Source: Vicugna vicugna (taxonomy: Eukaryota). From it: 64,000 bases of DNA. The stretch spans positions 997,104 to 1,061,103 of the forward strand of contig MU060796.1 of the NCBI GenBank assembly GCA_013265495.1. Direction: 5' to 3'. A program made the translations under genes and the position numbers. The stretch's first letter is position 1, and each line of letters opens with the position of its first letter. The notes beneath the pieces are model-generated. The model did no database searches. It had not been told where the DNA came from and saw only the letters and a program-made list of their open reading frames with translations. Of this stretch, positions 48,725 to 60,149 are shown in pieces.

Positions 48725-48868
48725 CAGCTGCAATCTGGACCCTGGTTACATTAGCTGTGCAAACATGGGCAAGACATCTGGTCTCACTGAGCCTCGTCTT
48801 CCTCATCTTGTCCCATAAAGTGCCCTTATTTCTGCTCCTCTCAGCGACTTGTAATATTCACTTAGCTG
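48725..48868 (+). mobile_element. MIR fragment
   Basis: attagctgtgcaaacatgggcaag...ctcactgagcctcgtcttcctcatct. Confidence 0.6.
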
Positions 48869-48869
48869 C

Positions 48870-49367
48870 ATGAGTGAAAATTCTGGGCAAAATGGCCCAA
48901 ATGTCTAACTTTCCCTGTACCCATGCTCTTGGTCCATCAAGAGGTGGCATCCATTTCCCCAGCACTTGCTTGCATTGGGACTGCCTTGGGACTGGATTTG
49001 ACCAGTAGCATGTGGCTAAGTGACAGGGTTCCATTCTTTCCATGCTTCCAGTCACTCCTGGCATCTCCGCTCTTCCTCAAGAACACGCTCGGGCTAGTCT
49101 CTGGGAGGATGAGACACATGGAGCAGTGCCGAGTCCACCTGACACCTCAGACGTGTGAGAGAACTCATCCAAGCTAAGCCACCTGCAGGCCCACAGCTAA
49201 ACACAGACCAGTCAGCGAGCGAGCCCCACAATGAGCTCAGAACAGCAGACCCACCCCGCCAGCCCAGAGGCCCGTGAGCACACACACAAAAACGTTTCTT
49301 GGTCTATGCCGCTGGGTTTCTGGTGGTGGTTATGCTGCATCATTGTGGTCCTAGATAACAGATACAC
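48870..49367 (+). mobile_element. MLT1F-like LTR
   Basis: ccatcaagaggtggcatccatttcccc ... gggctagtctctgggaggatgagacacatggagcag ... cattgtggtcctagataacagatac. Confidence 0.75.
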
Positions 49368-49458
49368 TCCCACGTATCCATCAATCACCAAATCGATGCT
49401 CAGTTTTAAGATGATGACATTAGACCCACCCCTCCTGGTTCCAAATCCTATGTAGCTG

Positions 49459-50095
49459 TGCACCCGAGCAGGACCCTACGGGACCTTCCAAGGACAGACC
49501 CCCGCACCCCCAGCCCTTGCCATCCATGTCCTCTGCTTTCCTCTCGCCTGAAGAAAAAATTCAGGCTCCTAGGCTTTCCCGAATTCCAAAGAGTACATTT
49601 AATCAGAGAAGTGAGAATATGCAGAAAGAAAGGAAAACAGTCAAGCAAGACCAAATAATAACAGTTGAGCCGTCAAACAAAATCAAGGACATTTAGTTCC
49701 TCCTCAGGGACTATGGGTAATATTCGCAGCCAGATCCTTTGAGCTGTTTTGCAGACACTGAGACCCCCACCAGGTGGGAGGAGTTAACTGTATGCTGACC
49801 ACAAGCACGGAGACCCCAGTCCCGCTAGAACCAGAAGGTTGATGATGTTGACTTCCGATTACCTCACCACCAACCAATCAGAAGACTGTCCACGGGCAGG
49901 TCACCCCCACCCCCACCCCTCGCCCTGTCTTTACAAACCTTCCCCCGAAAGCCTTCGGGGCGTTCGGGCCTCTTTCGCACTAGCTGCTTGGACTCCTTGC
50001 TTGGCGCCCGGCAATAAACGCTGCACTTTCCTTCCCCGCGACCCAGCTGGCTTTACCGCACGCGGGCAATCGGACCCAAGTTTGGTTGAGTAACA
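49459..50095 (+). mobile_element. Solo ERV1-class LTR (637 bp)
   Basis: TG...CA termini (ends gagtaaca), 4-bp TSD gctg/actg, CCAAT at 49874-49878, AATAAA at 50013-50018; interrupts a MIR that rejoins as tagctgtgtgaac. Confidence 0.85.
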
Positions 50096-50270
50096 ACTGT
50101 GTGAACTTACTTCACCTCTTGGCGCCACAGTTATCCCATCTAAAAATGGTGCTGATGATAGAAGAACCTACCTCATAGGATTGTTGTGATGATTAAATAA
50201 GTAAATAGTGTAAAATGCTTAGAACAGCCCCTGGTACCTAGTGAATGCTATGTAAGCATTATATTGTTCT
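50096..50270 (+). mobile_element. MIR (3' part; 5' part at about 49400-49458)
   Basis: ctgtgtgaacttacttcacctct...gaacctacctcataggattgttgtgatgattaaataa. Confidence 0.8.
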
Positions 50271-50574
50271 TAGGAGTTTGCTCTCTGCTAAGTACATTAT
50301 GAATTCATTTTTCCTATCCTCCGCTGATATCACCCTCATCCGGGCCATGGATGGTTTTCTGCCTTTATCCTACTCCCATTAATCTACCCTCTAGAATGAA
50401 GCCAGAGAAATCTTCCCGAAGTGGAGACCCAGTGAGGTCACACCTTGATTCAAACCCTCCAGTGCTGCCCCTTTGGTCCTTGGGAGAGTTTGAACTTCCT
50501 ACATGATTCCAGGGATGAACCAGCCCCTGTTTAATTCTCTGGCCTCCTCTTCCCCTAGTTCTCCACACTTGTCA

Positions 50575-50835
50575 TCAGTGATCACAAGAGAAATCAGAGC
50601 TGTATTGAGCACTAGCTCTATGCCAGGCCTGATTCTAAGCATGTTGCTTACATTACATCATTGGATCCTCATGAGAGCTATTGTAACCACCCTGCGTGGT
50701 AGATGTTATAACCCCTGTTTTACAGATTAGGAAACCGAGGCTTGGCCTGGCCAGAGTCACTGGCTAGCAGCAGAGGAAGGATACAAAGCCCACCCTCGCT
50801 TTCCAGGCTCTGGAAGCCAGTCTGCTTTTGAGGCA
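50575..50835 (-). mobile_element. MIR SINE
   Basis: gtattgagcactagctctatgccaggc ... cccctgttttacagattaggaaaccgaggctt. Confidence 0.75.
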
Positions 50836-51189
50836 GGCACAGGGAGGTGCATTTCAGAGGCGCTAGAAACTCTGAGGCAAAGGTCCTTTCTGCTCTGCCT
50901 TTGGCTTTGGGCCCAGGCCCCACTTGGGCCTCACTCCAGAAGGCATACGAGGGTGTGGAAGCCTCTTTGTCATGGTTATGGATTTTCATTCCGTAAAGTG
51001 CAAGGAAGTTGGCAAACAGTGAGGAATTGCAAGGAGCAGCCGCCTGGCTGAAATGGCAACGCCTTGCTGACCCCAACACCCCCAGCCAAGCGCCAGGCTG
51101 GCCTGGGACTGATTTTCCAGTGCACCTTGCAGCCTGATTCATCATAGGCGTTCAGTGCCACGGGACTTAATCAAAACAACGCTAACAGA

Positions 51190-51490
51190 GGGCCTGCTGC
51201 GTGCCAGGCAACTTTCCGAAGCACATTACGTATCTGGACAATTTAATCCTGACCATAAGCCTGGAAAGTGGGTCCTGTCATTGTCTCTATTTTACAAATG
51301 AGAAACTGAGGGTCAGAAATGTTTGAACATTTCTTCAGGCCCAGAGGCAAACCCAGGAAGTCTGGCTCTGGAATCTGTGCTCTTTTTTTTTTTTTTTAAT
51401 TGAAGTATAGTCAGTTACCAGCAGGGAAAGGGGGTGGGAAGGGATAAATTAGAATCTATGCTCTTAAGCACTGCACCACACTACGTCTGG
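51190..51490 (-). mobile_element. MIR SINE hosting a small L1 insertion
   Basis: ctattttacaaatgagaaactgagggtcaga ... aacccaggaagtctggctctggaatctgtgctc | ttaagcactgcaccacact. Confidence 0.75.
51383..51451 (-). mobile_element. 69-bp 5'-inverted (twin-primed) L1 insertion
   Basis: T15 + antisense L1 terminus aattgaagtatagtcagttac joined to sense L1 piece gttaccagcagggaaagggggtgggaagggataaatt; TSD gaatct(g/a)tgctc at 51371-51382 and 51452-51463. Confidence 0.8.
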
Positions 51491-53689
51491 AGAGAATCCA
51501 AGATGAATTCTTCAAAAAGGGATCCTCTTAGAAGCCTACGAGGGTGGGGATGGGAGGGGGTCCCAAGCGGGAAGAAAGCGCCTGGGCTTTGAGAAGAGCC
51601 ATACAGAAAGGACCAAAAGCCCAGGGGTTTCAGTGGGGCACAGACATTACTATTGCCACCAGGACCTACTTCTCTCTTACTTCTGGACACGGGAAGGATT
51701 ATAATTCCCTGCCTCTAGGACTAGTCATGGCCAGTGAGATGTGAGTCAGCTCAACTCTCTAGCCATCTCTTCCCCTGGCATGCAGAACCCTAGAAGCTTC
51801 CTGTGGAGATGCCAGGGGCATAAGTTGAGCCCCTCCCCTAGCCCAAGTCCCTGAGTGACAGACCCCATGAAGCAGTGTCCGCCCTCCTCCCCACCCCCAG
51901 CTTCCACACGAAGCCATGTTGGACGTAAAGTATGAGTGAGTACTAAGCCTTTGCTTGAAGCCAGTGACAGGTGGCATTGGGGGCTACTTGTTACTACATT
52001 ATAACCCAGCCTCTCCTGACTGGTATAAATGGACCAGTCATGTGAGAAAAGAGGCCATTTCAGGTCTCTCCTACTCTGGCAACCTTTAGAGGTGACATGT
52101 GGCAGGGAGTGAGGAGGAGGGGGAGGATTCTCGGAAAGGGCCGGGTCCTGTTACTTAGATTTCAATGGGAATAGTATGTTCTTTCTGCAGATGAGCAGAC
52201 AGATCTTTCCAATATGACCGGAACACGATCCAAATGTTAAAATTAGAGACAAAACTTAGCTGCAGAAAAAAACATCCCAACATGATCCTTCATTAGACCG
52301 AGTTGAAATAGAAACAGCCCCATTGCGTCTGGGGTAACTAACTGGGGAGAGGGAGAGAAGGGGTGGCAGCAACATTATGTTCAAATACGGAACTGATTTG
52401 GCAGAATTAGGACAAACTGCTACCTCCCCTCCACCACCAGCCTCCCCTGGGTTGAACTTCCTTCTGACCAAAATCTGGTGTCCTTTGCCCACCAAGTCTG
52501 TTTCACAAATAAATGTCACGTTATATCTTTCAAAACTTAACAACATCCCAGAGATCTGTTGATATCACCATTGGGAGATACTATTTTGATGCTTATTTCA
52601 ACCTCCTTAGTGGGGAGAGAGGCCATCCTGGTCTCCCAAGGGTTCCCCAGCATCCTACCGTCAGCCGGGTGAGACACCCAGCCCCCTGCTTCCCCACCAC
52701 AGTCAGGGGCCCTGACCACTGGTACCAAACAGAGCAGCCACACTGTAGAACCACCCAGACATGAAAAATAAGACCTGGAAGCTTGATGAAGCTGAAGGGA
52801 AGCTGTATTTCAGTTGAACTGAGGTGTGACAGGAGATTCTGGCCAGTGCTGGCCCGTCAAGCCTTTATTTATTTGGTCCCCATGAGCTGAGCATCAGTGG
52901 AGCCACCAACTGCTTCCAGAGGCTGCAAATCCGAGGGAAAGAGAGCTCCCCAAAAAATCCACGCATAGGCAAAGACACGAGGTGCCTCATCATTTACTCC
53001 CTTTCTATTCCAAATCCTTCTCTGCTTCTGGGTTCAGGGAACAAGAATCTGGGTCTTCCCCTGGTTCATGTTTTGACCAGAAAAAAAAGCCCAGCTCTGC
53101 CTCAGATGGGGGTAAAGGAAAGAAGGCTAGTGTCATCTGAAGACACCTGTGGCTTCTCCGGGGCTTCGGTCTGTCACACCACAGGCACCTGAGCTGCCCA
53201 TTCTTTATATTTGTGGCCAAGGAAGCATTTGCTTAAGGAAAATCGAAGCATCCAGAGACTACAGCCAGTATGGTTGACATGTGTGTCCCCAGTCGTGCCC
53301 TGTGCACAGTGGGCCCAGGACACCTTCAAGAATCCAGGTACCACTGGGCATGGCGCAGGTCAGCGCCTGCTCTTTGGATCGTGTGGAGGCAGCAGTCATA
53401 GCCACCTTCTTGGTCCTCATACGGGCATCTTCGGTTAACATCCAGCTCCCCGACCAGCCTTGACTCAACACTGTTCCCCCAGCCCCGGAGTACTACCTGG
53501 ATGTGAAATTGGAGACTCAGTTCATTGCATCCTAAAGGTGAAATGACACTGAGACAGGTTGCAGGGGGAGGCTAGGACTAAAAATAAAAGTCAGTGGTTC
53601 CTCATGGGAGTTATTCTAGCTCCCAAGCTATTTTGTTTTCTGAGGCAAAGCTGCCTACAAGGATAACACAATACCTAAATCTTCATACA

Positions 53690-54600
53690 ATCAATATTTA
53701 TTAAGCACTTGCTGTATGCCCGGCACTGTGCTGAGAGTTGTTAGAAACCACCAAACAGACTGGGCCCCCATCTAGGCTATCTGGGGAGGCTGTTATTAAT
53801 CAGAGAATCATACCAGTGAGATAAATACATAATTAAAAGCCAAGGCCTGTGCTATGAATAAATGAAGAACATGATGTAATTAAAAATGGAAAATGAGACA
53901 CAGGTTTTAGGTGGTTGAGGGAGAGGGCATCAAGGAAGGTCCCTCTGCTGAGGAAGTGACATTTAGTAGGAAGCCAGGCAAGGTTGGACTGAAGAGCATT
54001 TTAGGCCGAGAGATCAGCTTGCATGAAGATTCTGACATTAGAAAACACCTGAGACTTTAGAGCAAGAGAGAGAAGGCCTGTTGTGGCTGAACAAGTTGCT
54101 GCGTTGGGAGAGAGAGATTGCAGGTGAGGCCATCTGAGGGACCTAGATATGCAGCGGTCATAGAAAGTATGTCTGGACCGTAGCCACCGTGGCCCAAAGT
54201 AGGGCAGGCCCCAGAACCCCGCAGTGACCTCAAAGGGAGCCTGTGTAGCTGCCCGAGCGAATGTTTCTTGGGGCTTATGTATCCACTGGGCTCCTGCTGA
54301 GTGCCTCAAGCCAATCCATTTACTCCTCACCAGACATAAGTTGAACACATATTCCAGACCATGAGATTCAACAGTGAATAAGGCATAGCCCCTGCCTTCA
54401 GATAGCTCCTCAGCTGTAGTAGAAATTTTGTCCCAAATTCAAATAGTTATAAGACAGTGTGTTAAGTGTGACCATCAGGATAGCTCAGCTTGGAAGAAAT
54501 CATGGATGTCTTCCTGGAGGTGGAAACATGTCCACATTTTGGAATTTGTTAAGGGGAAGAAAAGGCCACTCCAGGCAGAGGGTATAAAGCATTTATAGGC
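53690..54600 (-). mobile_element. L2 LINE fragments
   Basis: caatatttattaagcacttgctgtatgcccggcactgtgctgagag ... ggaaggtccctctgctgaggaagtgacattt; second L2 3' piece from about 54300. Confidence 0.75.
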
Positions 54601-54620
54601 AATGGCACTTCAGTTCTAAT

Positions 54621-54781
54621 CTGTAGTTCATAGTCTATCACACATGAGAATGACCTGGAAAGCTTGGAAAAATTGGGATATGCAGGCTTTGCCCTCCAGA
54701 GATTCTGATTTAATTAGCCGGGGTGGTGAGGGGGAGTGGAGCCTGGATGATTCTCAAGTGCAGCCAGGTTTCAGAACCCTG
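54621..54781 (+). mobile_element. MER5-type hAT-Charlie DNA transposon
   Basis: gagaatgacctggaaagctt...ccctccagagattctgatttaatt ... ggatgattctcaagtgcagccaggtttcagaaccctg. Confidence 0.7.
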
Positions 54782-55439
54782 TCCCTGTTAGTTGTTAGTC
54801 ACAATAAGAAGTTTGGAAGCCGTTGCCCATTTGTCACCCAAGAGGCCTGTTATTTTGCTACCAGGATGTTTGGGATCTGCCCCCAAAGTCCAGAGCAGCC
54901 ATGGGGTAACCTCAGGACAACCACTCCCTATGCCCCAGCCTGGGCAGGACAGTTCGCTCAACCATCTCATCAGTCATGACGAAGAATTTCTGGCTGGGGC
55001 AGTGGAAAGTGAAGGCAGTCCAAGGCAAAGAGTAGGGGGAGGCAGGAGGTGGGCAGGAGGGGTGCACAGCCTCTGCTATACTGTGGGTCTCGGGCCCCCG
55101 CGCTGGCCTTCCAGGCTGCAGGTGCCCACCTGGAAACCGGACTCAGGTACCGATGCCCCAGCATCAGGCATTCCTGCTCCAGATTCACCATTTTGCCCTG
55201 TCCATGGACTGTTATTTTACCTACTGTTTCTTATGGCTTAGTTAAATGTATTTCAAAAGAAAACTTTGTATCACATGGATATTTGGAAATGGAAAGCCAG
55301 TATTCTTTGTCCTCAATAAAAGGCAAACTTAAGAGTAAATCTGACATTTTAAACTAATGCTATGAATGTCGGCTTAGATGCTGTTACCTACTGCAACCTC
55401 TGTGCCTGAAGCCTGCTCTGTCTTCGTTGGTTTTTGGTT

Positions 55440-55695
55440 TTGGGTTTGTTTTTTTTTTTTGGTGTTTATTGTGGTAAAATACACATAACATAAATTTTAC
55501 CATTTTAACCACTTTTACGTGTCCAGTTAGTACAGGGGCATTAAGTGTGCTCTCGTTGTTGGGCACCTATTACCACCATTCACCTCTAGAATTTCTTTCA
55601 TCCCTCCAAACCGAAACTCTGTATCCATTAAACAGTAATCCCCATTCATTCCTCCTCCCAGCCCCTGGCAACCACCATTTTATTTTCTGTCTCTA
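55440..55695 (-). mobile_element. L1MA/MB-like 3' end
   Basis: tttattgtggtaaaatacacataacataaattttaccattttaacc ... ccagcccctggcaaccacca. Confidence 0.85.
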
Positions 55696-55711
55696 TAATC
55701 TGTCTTTGTTT

Positions 55712-56053
55712 TTTGGTGGTTTTTTTTCATTGAAGTACAGTCAGTTACAATGTGTCAGTTTCTTGTGTACAGCACAATGTCCCAGTCATGCATATGCATA
55801 CATGTATTTGTTTTCGTATTTTTTTCATTAAAGGTTATTACAAGGTATTGAACATAGTTTCCTGTGCTTTACAGAAGAATTTTTTTAAATCTATGTTTAT
55901 ATATAGTGGCTAACATTANNNNNNNNNNNNNNNNNNNNNNNNNNNNNNNNNNNNNNNNNNNNNNNNNNNNNNNNNNNNNNNNNNNNNNNNNNNNNNNNNN
56001 NNNNNNNNNNNNNNNNNNNNNNNNNNNNNNNNNNNNNNNNNNNNNNNATGAAG
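55712..56053 (-). mobile_element. Younger lineage-type L1 insertion, 5'-truncated, containing an N-run
   Basis: Poly-T then cattgaagtacagtcagttacaatgtgtcag...gtggctaacatt; 16-nt TSD taat(c/g)tgtctttgttt at 55696-55711 and 56054-56069, followed by aaaa. Confidence 0.85.
55919..56047. other. N-run, 129 nt (inside a TSD-bounded L1 insertion)
   Basis: Direct count. Confidence 0.99.
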
Positions 56054-57749
56054 TAATGTGTCTTTGTTTAAAAGGAGATTTAAAAAGAGTTGGGAAAGTG
56101 TTAAGGGCATATTAGCGTCAAATTGAGACACTCCTTTTCACTTAATTATTATTGAAAGAGGGTTGAAAGACAACAGTTCACTCTCTGGAATTCTACATCA
56201 CAGTGTCACCCAGTGCCTCTCCGTGCCTGGCCTGGACCCTTGGTATTCACCCCACTGGTTGTGGACACTGTGTGTGTGATCCCTGGGTTTCTCTTCCAGC
56301 AACGTGGCCTTCCGGCAAGCACATGATAAAATTGGAATCTAACACACTGGAGAGCAAAGGGATGAGAACTGTCCCCCTAGAGGAACCGTGATTTCCTTTC
56401 CTGCTCCGAACAATGCTGAGAAAAATTATTCCCATTTTCCCAAAGAGGAAACTCTAGCTCATCAAGACAGTCATTTACCCACAGTGACATAAGGAGCCCA
56501 TGCCAGGGCTTTCTGAGCCAACGATAAGCCTCTGTCCTTTCCACCCCACCATACTGATCTCCATAGGCAAGTTTCAAGAGAAAGCCAGCCCGAGAATGTG
56601 AACAATGACAGGGACCATCAGCAGAGTGGCGGCTGGGAGGCTCTGTAAATTCAGTCCGCACTCAGCCAGAGGACTCCTAACCTGCTCATCATCGTCAATC
56701 AGATGGGTGCATGCCTGGATAAGCCTCTTCCCAGTGCATAAGTAGTGCTGTCACTCTCTGGCCATGGGGCCACCAAGCTGGCCCTTTAATAAATGCACAC
56801 AGGAGAAGCTGGCGTTCAGAGGATGCGCCCCCACTACACATGGTAGGGGGAGGGAGCCCCCAGCTCCCTCCTAGGCCTTCACCCTGGCAGACAGCTGTGC
56901 ATACTCACTCTGCATTTGGGCCTTTCAGCCCTGCAGGATTCTGATGCAAATGGATTTGACGCAAACACAGAGCAGCTCCCTCCCAGCTGAGTGCCCCAGT
57001 TGGCTGCCAGTTTCCAGCATCCTCCCTGGATTGCTTACCAACAGCTTTTGTGTTTGTTTAAATAACAGATAGGTAGGGACCTCAGTTAAATATCTTCCGA
57101 GAGAGGCCAAGATTGGAAGTGTTTCCTTCCCCTTCACCCTCCCCACCCCCCGACAGCAGCTTCTGTGTCTGCAACGGCTTCCAGACAGTTCTTTGGCTGG
57201 TCTCCATTTATTTGCTAGGTGGAGATGGATCTATATGAATAAAGCTTGCACATTAGTAGGAATCTCATGCATTTCCAGGCTGAGGGATGCAGCCAGGTAC
57301 CCAGCCTGACCCTGCAGTCACCTTATTATCGATGCCTTCCCCAGGGTGAGATGGCTTATACGCACTGACCTCAGAGAACTCACACACACAAACATCTCAA
57401 CAAAGAGTTGATCACGTTCTTATTTTTAAAAATCTACCATTGCCTTTCATTCATCTTTTCAGGTAGGAGCTTTCCTTACTATAATGAAACTGACTTCTTC
57501 AAAATGAGTCTCAGATCTACATTTTGCCCACAAGGGGCTAACCACCAGATATTGAGAGAAAAGTGTTCTCCTCCAGGCAGTCAGGAGATGATGGGGTGAT
57601 GAATGCAGCCTTCAGAAGAGGGAACCAGGAGTCAGGCTCCAGCCTGGAGGCCTGGGGTGCCTGGTACAGATGGGGAATGGGGCTCTCTGTCTGCAGGTGT
57701 CTGGGGATTGGGAGAGCCTCCTTCACCCCCATCAGGGGCTGCAGTGGCC

Positions 57750-57862
57750 ACATAACTATGTCCCAGAGCTTAGGAGCAGGGACCTTGGAGTCAAACAGAT
57801 CTGAGTCCAAACCAGAGTCCCCTCTCTGGGGCTTCTCTGAGCCTCAGCTCCTTTGTCATCTT
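57750..57862 (+). mobile_element. MIR fragment
   Basis: ttggagtcaaacagatctgagtccaaacc...ctctgagcctcagctcctttgtc. Confidence 0.65.
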
Positions 57863-57934
57863 GAAGAAGCTTGAGGCTTCAGAGAATCCATGCTAACCCC
57901 TTGTCCCAATTCCTGACATACAGTAATGGCTGGC

Positions 57935-58450
57935 TACCATGGCAGACACTGTAGGATGCCTTCTCCACACCATCCATCCTGCCCTCTCTTGCTAGCTGAG
58001 AGATCTGATTTTGTTCAGGGTGGCCCTGGGCCCAGCACTCCACCAACCATGGCAGGCCAGCTGCTAGAGAGTTGTGCTCCCAGCACACCTTGCAGCTAGA
58101 GGTGGTCACATGACTTAGATCTGCCCAACGGCACAGAAGGGGTCATGTGCCACCAGCTTCCTGGGAAGCTCTTCCTGCTCAGCCCCATTCCTTCCCACTT
58201 TTAATCTGCCACCTTGTGACCATTTTATGAGTCTAAGAATGAAAGGCCAGCACACTGAGAATAGCATAAGGGAATGGAAAAAGAGCCTGGGTCCTCCATG
58301 CTATGGTTGGACTCCCTGCCCAAACTGGAAGTGCCCTTCCCCAGACCTCTCGGTGTGCAATATGATTGAATGCTTGCATTGCTTCAGCCTGTTGGTTGGG
58401 TCTTACATTTTATCCTGCTACTTGTAGCCTCAAGCATTCCTAACCGTTGT
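57935..58450 (+). mobile_element. MLT1 (K/L-like) LTR
   Basis: atggcagacactgtaggatgcc ... ccttgcagctagaggtggtcacatgact ... tacttgtagcctcaagcattcctaac. Confidence 0.65.
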
Positions 58451-58879
58451 TCCCAGACCTACCCGTATTTACCTTCCTGCCTGGGGATCTGGGGAGAACC
58501 ACAGCAAAATGCATTTCCAAGTAAGATAATCTACATTTTTAAGATAATTATTTTCTTGACTCAGCAGTTTCAGTGGTTCCAAGATACCAGCTTCAAAACC
58601 CAAAGTAATTCCCATCCTGGGCTGTGACAAGAGCCACGTGGGGGAACTGAGCAGAGGTGGGCAAGCTCTGGGTGTCTGTGGGAAGCTGGCTTCCTCCTCA
58701 CCACAGTCTACGCCAGATGCTTCTGGTCCAGTGAGTTCGGGCAAGCCCCTGACTCCTCCCTCCATACACCTCTGTTTCTTTAGCTGTAAAAATGGGAATC
58801 ATGATACCTACTTACAAAGTTGCTGACAAGACCCTTCTCCAGATAGGGCCCTTCGAAAGCAGAAATCAGCGCCCTGTCT

Positions 58880-59395
58880 ACACGCCTGGGTTCAAAGGTC
58901 CTCCTCCACCTAGCGCCTGCCGACTTCCTGAGCCTCATCGCTCACAGCTCACACATGCCACTCCAAGCTCAGCCACACTGAATTCCCTCAGCTGCTCAGA
59001 CACCCCATGCTCTTTCTCCTCCATGCTGTCCCCCATGCCTGGAATGCTCATTCTGTGGCCTGTCACCTGGCTGGTCCCTGCTTCGTTTTAGCCTCGGCTT
59101 AAAAGTCATGTGCTCCTGGAAGCTTTCCTTGACCCTGCTCACACATATATGTGCACACACGTGCACGCACACACACACACACACACACTCATCCTTTCTA
59201 AGGAACTCTGCTCTGTGGTTCCATTATCTGTTGGTCCCATTAGCTGCCTTCCCCACAGCCTGTGAAATGTCTAAGGGCAGGAACCAGATCCCTCAGGCTC
59301 ACCACTGAACCCCTAGCATCTAGCACAGGCCTGACACACAGTAGGCACTTTGTAAGTATTTATTAATGGAATGAACACTCACAGGAAGTAATAAA
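58880..59395 (+). mobile_element. L2 LINE 3' region
   Basis: gctgtcccccatgcctggaatgctc ... catctagcacaggcctgacacacagtaggcactttgtaagtatttattaatggaatgaa. Confidence 0.7.
59141..59188. repeat. Imperfect (CA)n/RY microsatellite
   Basis: acacatatatgtgcacacacgtgcacgcacacacacacacacacac. Confidence 0.85.
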
Positions 59396-59400
59396 TGGAA

Positions 59401-59635
59401 TTTATTGTATTGTATAGTATATATAGTTAAAATAAACAATGTATAATAAATAAATATACAATAATAAATAAATAATATTTTATATATTATTTATTTAAAT
59501 ACAATTATATATTATTTAAATATAATCATATTATTTATTAAATATAATTATATATTATTTGTTATTTATATATTATACACTATATACATATTATGATATA
59601 TGATACATATTATACATAATTATTATTATATAAAA
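59401..59635. repeat. AT-rich low-complexity tract (TA/ATA/ATT mosaic)
   Basis: About 235 bp almost entirely A/T. Confidence 0.9.
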
Positions 59636-59734
59636 AGGAATTTAGCACAGTTGCAGGCACTTGACAGACATGCAGTCAATTCACATCTGCTAAGAGACAG
59701 CATCTCAGCAGGGGTTAAGCACCCCCCCATGAAG

Positions 59735-59945
59735 CAGTTCTGCCTGGGTCTCAATTCCAGCTGAGCCACTTATGAGCTGTGTGACCTGGGGGAGTCACTT
59801 CACCTCTCTGAGTCTCAGTTTCCTCACCTACAAATGAGAATCCTAGTCATAATAACCTTATAGAATTATTATGAAAATTAAACCAGTCGATAAAAATAAA
59901 GTATCAGTACCTAGTAAGCGTTGGCTATTATTATTATTGTTATCC
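59735..59945 (+). mobile_element. MIR SINE
   Basis: gagctgtgtgacctgggggagtcacttcacctctctgagtctcagtttcctcacctacaaatgag. Confidence 0.8.
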
Positions 59946-60149
59946 AAACTATTATTAGGAAAGAGCTAGGCAACTGAGTGCTGGAAAAGGCCAATCCGCC
60001 CGGGACCCCCCAGCCTGGGTTTTCTCCATCACCCAGATTCTGCCACCCCCATTGCTGCCCACTCTGCGCCCCTGACAGTAAGGCCACCTACCCAACCCAC
60101 GGTACGCCCTCCGCCCATCCCCAGCCTTCCTGCCTGTCCACCAGCGGTC

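Noticed and set aside
49767-49780. CTCF-like CCACCAGGTGGGAG (similar near-matches at about 2104, 37802 and 38935)
   Set aside because: Each misses strongly conserved core positions; not supportable without a PWM score or ChIP data.
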